Part shown: piece by piece, positions 27,906 through 35,252 of the stretch
Numbering within the stretch: position 1 is the first letter of the stretch
Layout: each line of letters begins with the position of its first letter
NCBI GenBank assembly: GCA_050730875.1
Contig: JBOHNX010000001.1
Location: 297,972-361,971 of the forward strand
DNA length: 64,000 nt
Source: Candidatus Saccharimonadales bacterium
GTDB lineage: Bacteria > Patescibacteriota > Saccharimonadia > Saccharimonadales > EFPC-124
Direction: 5' to 3'
Program-made: the position numbers and the translations under genes
The notes under the pieces: generated by a model
The model's database searches: none
The model's input: only the letters and a program-made list of their open reading frames with translations
What the model was told of the DNA's origin: nothing

Positions 27906-29561
27906 TTAACAAGCTGGGATAGTGAAGCGGTCAAACACGGCTGACTGTAAATCAGCTGGCATTCGCCTTCGGGGGTTCGAATCCCTCTCCCAGCACCATT
28001 CTTGACAAATTGCCTCTTCGGAGGCTTTTTTCATCTGTTCAGGCATGGTTCTAACCTTTTCTAATTCGTCTCGTAGGCGTTTTGCAACGTTTCTGACAGG
28101 TATAAGCCAGCCGTTAGAGGTGATCTCTAGCTTTCCGTTCACGAGGACGGGGTTCTGACCAATCGCAAGCAGTATATCCTTCTTATTTCCCAAATCTCCG
28201 CTAACAAACTTCTCGCCAGCATAGGTTAGTTTTTCAAAGGTATCTGAGGCAACTTCATACCAGTTGCGAACTCTGTATGCTGTATCGGCTTGTTCGTCCT
28301 GTAATCTCTTCAAATCTGCTCTGAGGGCTATGTTTTTAGCCTTATAATCATCCTCTGCAATAAGTCCCCGAGTAACCATATCTAGCAACTTGTCTAGCTG
28401 CGCTTGTAGGCTAGTGATTGTATTATTTTGCATGACTTGAGTATTGTTGCGGTCTTCAACTTCTTGCTCCGCCATATCCCTAAATGCTTCCATTGCCCAA
28501 TCATAAAGCTTGGGGACTAACTCGTATCCATCTAGTAGATTAAGGACATCTTTGTAGAGTTCGTTTTCTTTCACATAGATACTCTTCTGGCTACAGCCCT
28601 TACGTTTGCCGGTGCAATGGTAGTACGTGTGAAGCCTAACATCTCCGCTTGCCAATTGTTTTCTCTTACTCTCTGCCGTAACCAGACAGTCACACTCACC
28701 GCAACGAATAAAGCCTCTCAATGCAAACTGTTTACGACTTGCCAGACGGGGCAGACCCCTCCTGCCTAACAAGACTTGTACTCTGTCGTACTCCTCCATA
28801 CTTATCATGGCTGGGAAGTCAGCTTTGTATAAGTTATCTGGGTCGTATGGATCAGGCACAAAGCCAGCGTTTCTTACATTACGAAAAAGGTTATAGAGGC
28901 TTGTGCGGGACATCGGTACGCCACCACTCCTACTACGCTTGACGGTTGTATAACCCCAGTCCTCAGTCATTATCTTCAATATGCTGTTAACGCTATATTC
29001 GCCGGTTAAGTAAAGATCAAAAGCCTTGCGGACTAGCGGAAAACGCTCAGGGTCTATAACTATCTTCTTATCCACGTTCAGAAACCCCTCGTGTGCTCTT
29101 CCTGTAAGCTGACCAAGTTGACGCTTCTTTTCGTTACCACGCCTTATATCTTTGCTCAGTTTTGCGGAAAAGTATTGCGACTGGCTCATAGTCATTTGCA
29201 ACATCATTATGCCCTCAGGAGAGTTATCAAAGTTGTAGCTTGCGAACCGTAAGTCTTTGATAATGCCTCTGGTAACACGATGACTTATTTCCGCTGCGTC
29301 TATAGCATTACGTGATAACCGATCAGGGTGCCATGCAATAACTCCGTCAATCTCTCCACTATCAAGCATGTCCATTATTTTCCTAAACTCCGGACGCTTG
29401 TAGGGTTCAAACGCACTCATACTCTCTTCAACATATTTAAGAATGTTAAGATCGCTGAATTGTTTTTGGATGTTGTCGTGTTGTGCCGCTTTTGAAAGCA
29501 CTTGACGTTCTACGTCCTCACTGGACTTTCTGATATAAGCTATGTAGCGTAATTTGTTCAT
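27906..29561 (-). CDS. Large serine recombinase (integrase). The last 46 codons read antisense through the terminator and tRNA-Tyr.
   Basis: Resolvase domain YIAYIRKSSEDVERQ...WHPDRLSRN, recombinase domain, zinc-ribbon CGECDC...YYHCTGKRKGC and coiled-coil. The tail WERDSNPRRR..ADLQSAVFDRF is a tRNA antisense translation. Confidence 0.9.
   Translation of the reverse strand: MNKLRYIAYIRKSSEDVERQVLSKAAQHDNIQKQFSDLNILKYVEESMSAFEPYKRPEFRKIMDMLDSGEIDGVIAWHPDRLSRNAIDAAEISHRVTRGIIKDLRFASYNFDNSPEGIMMLQMTMSQSQYFSAKLSKDIRRGNEKKRQLGQLTGRAHEGFLNVDKKIVIDPERFPLVRKAFDLYLTGEYSVNSILKIMTEDWGYTTVKRSRSGGVPMSRTSLYNLFRNVRNAGFVPDPYDPDNLYKADFPAMISMEEYDRVQVLLGRRGLPRLASRKQFALRGFIRCGECDCLVTAESKRKQLASGDVRLHTYYHCTGKRKGCSQKSIYVKENELYKDVLNLLDGYELVPKLYDWAMEAFRDMAEQEVEDRNNTQVMQNNTITSLQAQLDKLLDMVTRGLIAEDDYKAKNIALRADLKRLQDEQADTAYRVRNWYEVASDTFEKLTYAGEKFVSGDLGNKKDILLAIGQNPVLVNGKLEITSNGWLIPVRNVAKRLRDELEKVRTMPEQMKKASEEAICQEWCWERDSNPRRRMPADLQSAVFDRFTIPAC
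27913..27998 (+). tRNA. tRNA-Tyr (anticodon GUA), long variable arm, CCA encoded
   Basis: Acceptor GCTGGGA/TCCCAGC, anticodon stem GCTGA/TCAGC with loop CUGUAAA, a 14-nt variable arm, T arm GGGGG-TTCGAAT-CCCTC. Confidence 0.9.
28012..28031 (+). terminator. Intrinsic terminator of the tRNA-Thr/Tyr transcript
   Basis: GCCTC-TTCG-GAGGC followed by TTTTTT. Confidence 0.55.
28032..28055. repeat. Left copy of imperfect 24-bp direct repeat (candidate attL; 9-bp identical core GGTTCTAAC at 28047-28055)
   Basis: CATCTGTTCAGGCATGGTTCTAAC matches 39317-39340 CATTTGTTACAGTAAGGTTCTAAC at 18/24 positions, including a 9/9 core. Confidence 0.5.
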
Positions 29562-29592
29562 TGTTTTCTCCTAACAAAAAGGACGGCTGGTT

Positions 29593-29692
29593 GTTCACAC
29601 AGTCCATAGCACGAAGCCATTTCCTGATACCAGCCGCCCATTTTGGGTCGGGAAATAAAAACACTTCGTGCGTGTTTATGGCTTGTGTGAAC
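29593..29692. repeat. Imperfect inverted repeat upstream of the recombinase gene
   Basis: GTTCACACAGTCCATAGCACGAAG (29593-29616) versus the reverse complement of 29664-29692, GTTCACACAAGCCATAAACACGCACGAAG. Confidence 0.45.
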
Positions 29693-29729
29693 ATTTTTAT
29701 ATTAACTCGTTAATGTTTGATTGTACATA

Positions 29730-30245
29730 CTAGTCGCTTTGTTCTCTCATCAGCTCTACAACTTTTAAGTATCGCTTGGTAGGTTGACCACTATAGGTTC
29801 TAGTTCGTAAGTGCTTCATGTGTTTTTCGGCTCGTTCATATCTATCAAGCTCTCTCTGCATGGGGTAGATTGCTGAACGCCTGCTTCTTTTGCGTGATCG
29901 GTATGTAAGATTGTGACAGTGCCTACACCGATATTGTCCGATGAGGTACAGCTTGCCAACTCGCCGATTACATGTTGGACATAACATCCACCATCTTACA
30001 CCGCCGAAATAGCATGGTGTTTGAGTTAGGTGTATGGTTTGGGTTCGCTCCAAATTTTCATCCGGTGAATAGGTTATCTTTATTCTAGGACTCTCTCCTA
30101 AGATAACTAGCACATCCGCCGTATGGTCTTTTCCGTAAACCGTAGTCGTTAGCGTAGTCTGAAATCCATTTTTGAAGAAAATATTTTCGTTAGCCACGTA
30201 CACTAATGTATCTAATTCAGTCTTTCTTGCGTCGGATCGTGTCAT
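29730..30245 (-). CDS. Hypothetical zinc-ribbon protein
   Basis: CYFGGVRWWMLCPTCNRRVGKLYL..YRCRHCHNLTY (CxxC..CxxC) with a basic tail. Confidence 0.5.
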   Translation of the reverse strand: MTRSDARKTELDTLVYVANENIFFKNGFQTTLTTTVYGKDHTADVLVILGESPRIKITYSPDENLERTQTIHLTQTPCYFGGVRWWMLCPTCNRRVGKLYLIGQYRCRHCHNLTYRSRKRSRRSAIYPMQRELDRYERAEKHMKHLRTRTYSGQPTKRYLKVVELMREQSD

Positions 30246-30284
30246 AGAAAACGCCTATATACGAAATCATTAGCAATTCGTTTA

Positions 30285-30503
30285 TTAACCAGATACAGAA
30301 ACATCGTCTTTTTGCTCCATTTTCGTTAGTTTTAACTGTCTTTTACGTGTTTCTTTAGCTAGTGCAAACCTCATAATTGCTAGTCCTGCTTGCTGTGCTT
30401 GTTCGTCGCTGTAGTCCAGCCCAATATCTTTAAGCAATTCTTTTAAGGTGGTTAGACGTTCAGGCTTGAGTCGCATAGTAAGCTCCAAATATCGCCCGAA
30501 CAT
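30285..30503 (-). CDS. Small helical protein (possible DNA-binding/excision accessory factor)
   Basis: 72-aa ORF (or 63 aa from the Met at 30476). No motif recognised. The function given is a guess from size and context. Confidence 0.35.
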   Translation of the reverse strand: MFGRYLELTMRLKPERLTTLKELLKDIGLDYSDEQAQQAGLAIMRFALAKETRKRQLKLTKMEQKDDVSVSG

Positions 30504-30644
30504 CCTTACAACCTATATTTATCCTTAAACAGACCTTTATAAAGGTAAGTATCGTTATAGAGATACCCTTATATATACAGTTATCTATATATAGAGGCTG
30601 TTTAATATAAGAATATAGGCGGGGTTTCTTTTGTGTTTTCATAG

Positions 30645-30995
30645 CTAGAATGGCACGTCATCAAGGTTTATAGGTTCTTCTAGATCCTTGTCAGTTGGCT
30701 CGTACACTTTGTCGTGTTGTTTTGGTGACGGATCGTAGTCTCCGATGGCTTGTAGGCATTTCTCCTCAAGCCGTGCCCAGAAGTCGGTCTTTGTACTAAA
30801 TTCTGGCACGTGTATCCATTTATGGTTTATTTGCTGTGCGGGTGGTTGTACCCAATAACCCGAAGTGTTACGGTCAGATTCTCGGGCGGTAAAGCCGTCC
30901 ACATACATTCCAATGCTAGTTACATTTACTTTCAGGCGGTATCCTTTGTTAATCTGTCCCCGTACCTCAATCTCAATGCCGTACTCGTCATCCAT
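30645..30995 (-). CDS. Hypothetical protein
   Basis: Start chosen at the ATGGATGA overlap with the upstream stop (30988-30995). The ORF track start at 31031 is less likely. Confidence 0.45.
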   Translation of the reverse strand: MDDEYGIEIEVRGQINKGYRLKVNVTSIGMYVDGFTARESDRNTSGYWVQPPAQQINHKWIHVPEFSTKTDFWARLEEKCLQAIGDYDPSPKQHDKVYEPTDKDLEEPINLDDVPF

Positions 30996-31257
30996 TGCAA
31001 GCCTCCAGAATTTCATCCCGAATATGGTCAAGCTGTACGGCTAGGTTATCTATCAGTTCTTTTGCGTTTGAGTCTGCAAGATCAATAGAGACACTGGCAA
31101 GCTCATGTTTAGCTTGTTGCTCAAACATGTCATTTACTGCTAATCCAAGCCTTAGGTGGTAAGCAGGGCTCTTCCACTGGTCGCCAACCTTTCTCTGTAC
31201 CAAATATCCATACAACTTATGGTGTTGGATACGCCACTTTTTATAAATTATTGTCAT
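30988..31257 (-). CDS. Hypothetical protein
   Basis: 89-aa ORF, translationally coupled to the next gene. Confidence 0.45.
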   Translation of the reverse strand: MTIIYKKWRIQHHKLYGYLVQRKVGDQWKSPAYHLRLGLAVNDMFEQQAKHELASVSIDLADSNAKELIDNLAVQLDHIRDEILEACNG

Positions 31258-31273
31258 TTTGTCTTTCTGGCAT

Positions 31274-31298
31274 AAAAATGCCCGTTATGTTTACGGGC
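31274..31298 (-). terminator. Intrinsic terminator after the 31332..32051 gene
   Basis: Minus strand GCCCG-TAAACATAA-CGGGC followed by ATTTTTAT. Confidence 0.5.
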
Positions 31299-31331
31299 TT
31301 ATTTCTATAACTATAGGTAGCTGAAAAGTTT

Positions 31332-32051
31332 TCAGCCGTTTTCTAAGAGTTCAGGATCAATGTAGAAGATTAACTTCGTTATTTTTATAAGGTTTCTGCC
31401 ATCAGTAACCTCTTTAAGCTTCTGGTTTATTGCAGCGACATGATTTTTCGCTTGCTTACGTTGAAAGGGCTTAAGTTCATCGTTAATAACACCTCTAGAA
31501 TTCACAATTTTTCGCAGTGGGACACCATTTTTTAGGCTATTGACGTCATTGAAGAGAAGACGCATTGCACGTGCTTGCATAGGCTCATTTCTGGGATTGC
31601 CAAGCCTGTTCTTTTGACTAACTATTGCGACCTGTTTTCCATTAATAAACAGAGTCGCTGTATTAGCTTTGTAGCTCTGTGGTGTAAGCTTTCGCTCTGG
31701 GCTAAGGTTAGACTCGTAGAATTTACTAAAGCTGGGTAAAACCTCAATATGAAAATATGAGTCAAAGTAGTCAGGGTCTTCAATGACTTCATCACCTACC
31801 ATTTGGAGTAAAGTAGGGTGTTCGCGTTTTGGCTTGGGGATTTCGTCGTACGGTGGCTTTTTTACTGCGATGTGCCCAGAAGATTGTAGCTTATTCAGTG
31901 CATATCTAAATTGAGCATGGACGTCTCCATCAAAAACCGTGTAGACTGCCCCATAATCAAGTTTTATAGTGTTGCCATCTGTTAGTTCGTTTATGCTGTG
32001 GATACGCTCCACAAGCCATCGCATTCTCTCAGCCGAAGTTTTCAAAGCCAT
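31332..32051 (-). CDS. Hypothetical protein
   Basis: 239-aa ORF with no recognised motif. Confidence 0.5.
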   Translation of the reverse strand: MALKTSAERMRWLVERIHSINELTDGNTIKLDYGAVYTVFDGDVHAQFRYALNKLQSSGHIAVKKPPYDEIPKPKREHPTLLQMVGDEVIEDPDYFDSYFHIEVLPSFSKFYESNLSPERKLTPQSYKANTATLFINGKQVAIVSQKNRLGNPRNEPMQARAMRLLFNDVNSLKNGVPLRKIVNSRGVINDELKPFQRKQAKNHVAAINQKLKEVTDGRNLIKITKLIFYIDPELLENG

Positions 32052-32111
32052 ACTATGATTTTAGAGCAGTATCTACTCTTATCAAACCAATGTATGCAAT
32101 AATAATTGTTA

Positions 32112-32272
32112 AGTGGTAGCACCACTCATGATCTAGAGCCGCTCGCAAGAGAAGGTATGATCAAAAATCCGGTAAAGAATACTGAGCTAGTCGTTCAGGT
32201 ATCTTTACCGGTTGCACGCCGAAAGGTGTGTAGGGGTCGCAAGACTCCGCTTGGCGGCTAGCTTTTTGTTTG
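32112..32272 (+). ncRNA. Candidate structured RNA / 5' leader with multiple GNRA-capped hairpins
   Basis: Hairpins at 32112-32126, 32142-32151 (GCAA loop), 32169-32211 (~15 bp), 32215-32230 (CACGCC-GAAA-GGTGTG) and 32233-32248 (GGGGTC-GCAA-GACTCC), then a T-run at 32263-32271. Confidence 0.3.
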
Positions 32273-32307
32273 TCGCCGAACATTATTGACAGTAAAGGCG
32301 GCAACGA

Positions 32308-32985
32308 ATGAAAAAGCTTGGTTATTGGAAGTCACGTAAGGAATGGAAACGGCTAACTCAGGGCATGAGTCCCGATCAGGTCACCCGGCTCAAGCAAAGT
32401 CTTTCACAAGGCGACGAAGCTACAATTGCAGCTATTGCTGAAATACAAGCAGAGCAAAGAGAAGCCTTGCATGCTCAAGGCATAGATTACGGCAATACTA
32501 CACCCGAAATTGGGAAGGAAATACAGTGGAGTGATGTTTTGAGCATGGTGTTCCGTGTTATAGATTTTGATAGGAATGACACTACTGTAGACCTAGATGG
32601 TGGTGCAGAAACAGTAAAAGCAAAAAGCCAATTTCAACCTTATGGGTACCTACTTATTGAGTCACCCACGCTGAACCAACCTGTTGGATTACCGATAGTA
32701 CACAATAATGACTACTGGCTTGCTGCAAGCGTTTTTGATGATCCTGATGTTATTCGAGTTAAAGAGGAGCAAGGTAGAGAGCTCCTTGTTACCTATCAGC
32801 CAGAAAAAACTTTACGTGATGGACGCAACGGAAGTATGCAACACTGTTTGCACTTCGCACTTGTACCGTCAGGAACGTTAGAAAGATATTACGAAGACGA
32901 CAAACGAATGGCTAGACCAGAGCCAGAATTATTATTTGGAAAGTTTGTTTATAGTGGTGAAATAAGAGTGCGTATGGCAGCGTAG
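32308..32985 (+). CDS. Hypothetical protein
   Basis: 225-aa ORF with no recognised motif. Confidence 0.5.
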   Translation: MKKLGYWKSRKEWKRLTQGMSPDQVTRLKQSLSQGDEATIAAIAEIQAEQREALHAQGIDYGNTTPEIGKEIQWSDVLSMVFRVIDFDRNDTTVDLDGGAETVKAKSQFQPYGYLLIESPTLNQPVGLPIVHNNDYWLAASVFDDPDVIRVKEEQGRELLVTYQPEKTLRDGRNGSMQHCLHFALVPSGTLERYYEDDKRMARPEPELLFGKFVYSGEIRVRMAA

Positions 32986-33001
32986 CCCTATAATTAGCCC
33001 T

Positions 33002-33592
33002 ATGCAAAACAAACCTAACTCCACATTATTGTTCCGTCTTTCAGATGAACTCATAACCAACTTCACTTCTATAGATGGAAAACGACCTGTTTTCTATTGG
33101 TTCAGCGACTGTTATCACAGTCACATCTACGGAAACTCACCGGGAGCAGACTTTATGTACTTCTTCATTGTTGATCCGGCGAAAAGCGACGCCAAGTTAT
33201 TTACTCGTCACGACACAGGAGATTTTGGAAGCATGTGGGTTGATTACTCGCAGTATCTTGAAGCACGTAATGAAAATGAGAAACAAGGCATCAAGAAGTA
33301 CCTTGAGCCCGGTATCGTCTACTCATTTAGCGAACTTCAACCGGCTGTAGTCGGCAAGTTTGTGGACGGTTTCACGCTTTGGGCAAAGACAATAGACGAG
33401 TCAAAAGAGGTGACCTTTAGTTTGGTTGGGAATGGCAAGTTCAGGCGATTTGATGAGATACCAGAGCTAATAGACCTACTGCCCGAGATTGCTAGTGCCG
33501 TGCCGGTTATGCAGCCTACATCCGAGCAAGTCGCTGATCCGTCTAGCTTCTGGGCTGCCGATACATCCAATCAGGGTCGGATGTGGCTATAA
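33002..33592 (+). CDS. Hypothetical protein
   Basis: 196-aa ORF with no recognised motif. Confidence 0.5.
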   Translation: MQNKPNSTLLFRLSDELITNFTSIDGKRPVFYWFSDCYHSHIYGNSPGADFMYFFIVDPAKSDAKLFTRHDTGDFGSMWVDYSQYLEARNENEKQGIKKYLEPGIVYSFSELQPAVVGKFVDGFTLWAKTIDESKEVTFSLVGNGKFRRFDEIPELIDLLPEIASAVPVMQPTSEQVADPSSFWAADTSNQGRMWL

Positions 33593-33595
33593 TTC

Positions 33596-34249
33596 CTATA
33601 CTAAGTGTTCAGTGCCTTTGACCACATCAACCACCTTACCGGCGACTTGATAATGCTGAAAGTCTTCGTTAGCGATAATAATCGGAGGATAAGGATAGTG
33701 CGATTCAGACTGCAGTACTACCCGTTGGTGGGCATCATCCCTCTGGAACTTCTTAATATTAGCCATGCCGTCAATGATGGATACAATATAGTCATTTTTA
33801 TCCGGTACGTATGGGTCACGTTTTTCGACCAGTACATAATCACCGTCTTCAATTGTTTTACCGTTGATGTTTGCTCTGTTCATTGAATCACCACGAGCGA
33901 CTAACGAGTATACGCCTTTTGTGGTGCTAATTTTGGTGGTGCTAGGAGAGAGTGTCAAATAACCCTGAATAACATCAGATGCGAAGCGAGTAGCTTCACC
34001 ACAATCAGCTTCGCCGAGAACCGGTATTGATAGTACATTGTTTTGGAGGAGACCCGGACTTTTTGTTGATACCACCAACGAGCCGTCGGTCTTCCGGGAT
34101 AGGTAGCCGTTCTTAATCAGCTGGCCGATATGGTGCTGGACTTGTGAGGCGTGTTTGCAGCTCACTCGCTCACCAATTTGGCGGTATGACATACTACCGA
34201 GGTCAACCAGAGAACCGAGACTTAACAGCCTTTTTTGTACTTCATGCAT
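33596..34249 (-). CDS. LexA/CI-like repressor (wHTH plus S24 peptidase domain)
   Basis: N-terminal wHTH (YRQIGERV..ASQVQHHIGQLIKNGYL). S24 catalytic Ser in ARGDSM and Lys in ANIKKF. Start moved to the Met at 34249, downstream of the predicted promoter. Confidence 0.8.
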   Translation of the reverse strand: MHEVQKRLLSLGSLVDLGSMSYRQIGERVSCKHASQVQHHIGQLIKNGYLSRKTDGSLVVSTKSPGLLQNNVLSIPVLGEADCGEATRFASDVIQGYLTLSPSTTKISTTKGVYSLVARGDSMNRANINGKTIEDGDYVLVEKRDPYVPDKNDYIVSIIDGMANIKKFQRDDAHQRVVLQSESHYPYPPIIIANEDFQHYQVAGKVVDVVKGTEHLV

Positions 34250-34260
34250 CTTCACCCCTG

Positions 34261-34298
34261 ATTGTATCAGGTTTCTGGACACTGTACAATCCTGTACA
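34261..34298 (-). promoter_or_regulatory. Repressor promoter overlapping tandem CTGTACA operators
   Basis: Minus strand TTGTAC (34289-34284), 17 nt spacer, TACAAT (34266-34261). CTGTACA at 34282-34288 and 34292-34298, each containing the TGTACA palindrome. Confidence 0.4.
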
Positions 34299-34529
34299 TT
34301 TACAATGCGCTACCGGTATGGTATTGTTGAACTTAACCTAGCTATAAAACGCAAAATTCTTTTGTCGAGGGTAGTTACGGGGAGCGGCGCAAGCCACGTT
34401 CGTTAAAAAGGCGGACTATGAAAAAGCACCGGCTTTTGGCCGATGCTAGCGTACACCGTTGGTACCGAGTACGCTTCTTAGTCTACTGTAACCAATCATT
34501 AATGGCCAGACTAAGGAGGAATAACACCT

Positions 34530-34763
34530 ATGGCTCACAAACCTAACATTCATACGACCTACAGCAAACAGGCCAGTAACTGGCGTAACGTCACCGAAGG
34601 CGCAACCCGCCCGGGCAAGACATACGAGACCAAGCAGCAGGCTCAGGCGGCCGGACGTGATATGGCTAAAAGCCACCACGTTGAACACTTGATTCACAAT
34701 AAAGATGGTGAAATTGGCTCCCGTAACAGCTACGGCCATGACCCTAGAAATGTAAAGGGGTAA
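34530..34763 (+). CDS. DUF2188 family protein
   Basis: W.V..EGA.R....Y.TK.QA..AGR..AK......L.IH..DG.I......YG.DP pattern. RBS AAGGAGG. Confidence 0.7.
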   Translation: MAHKPNIHTTYSKQASNWRNVTEGATRPGKTYETKQQAQAAGRDMAKSHHVEHLIHNKDGEIGSRNSYGHDPRNVKG

Positions 34764-34766
34764 ATC

Positions 34767-35252
34767 ATGTCTGCTGATACTGCACTTACGATCACTCAGA
34801 TCGTGTGGCCACTACTGGGCGGCGTATTTGCCGCGTCGGTTTGGCTTCGCTTCTTTCACAAGAAGGAGCGTCGGCTCTTCAAGAACATCCAGCGACCTGT
34901 TGCTGTTATAGCCACCGACGACAAACCTATGACTCATGAAGTTCAGCTGCTCAAGCGTGTCGGCTTCTTCAACATCGGTACTCCATCTGCGGATGGACGA
35001 GCGAAGGACTTACTTAACGGCAATCGTCTTGTAGTTATTGGCTACAGTCCTAACTCCAAAATCTTCAAAGAGGTGTTCGCTGCGGCCGCACAGCGAGAGA
35101 TGCCAGTAATAGTCTATGCTGCACCCGGTGAGATTAGGCCGGAAGACATTAAGCTTTTACAGGGCTATTCTCATCACTCAATGTGTAATACCCCGCTACG
35201 CCTTATATCTGATGTATTTGCCATGATGAGCACGTACCCGGAGGACAAGTAG
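34767..35252 (+). CDS. Single-pass membrane protein with cytoplasmic alpha/beta (flavodoxin/TIR/receiver-like) domain; candidate effector
   Basis: TM segment ITQIVWPLLGGVFAASVWLRFF, then alternating beta/alpha segments (VAVIATDD, LVVIGYSP, MPVIVYAAPG). The fold assignment is a guess. Confidence 0.45.
   Translation: MSADTALTITQIVWPLLGGVFAASVWLRFFHKKERRLFKNIQRPVAVIATDDKPMTHEVQLLKRVGFFNIGTPSADGRAKDLLNGNRLVVIGYSPNSKIFKEVFAAAAQREMPVIVYAAPGEIRPEDIKLLQGYSHHSMCNTPLRLISDVFAMMSTYPEDK

Noticed and set aside
30460-30642. 60-aa minus-strand ORF in the AT-rich palindromic gap
   Set aside because: Its composition is driven by TATA repeats and palindromes, and it has no RBS. It is probably non-coding regulatory or origin-like DNA.
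32112-32272. Idea that the GNRA-rich leader is a GEMM-type cyclic-dinucleotide riboswitch
   Set aside because: The idea is attractive because of the nearby NTase, but I could not match the GEMM-I/II consensus (for example the ACGCAAAGC-type tetraloop-receptor arrangement) by eye. I kept it only as a generic structured-RNA candidate.
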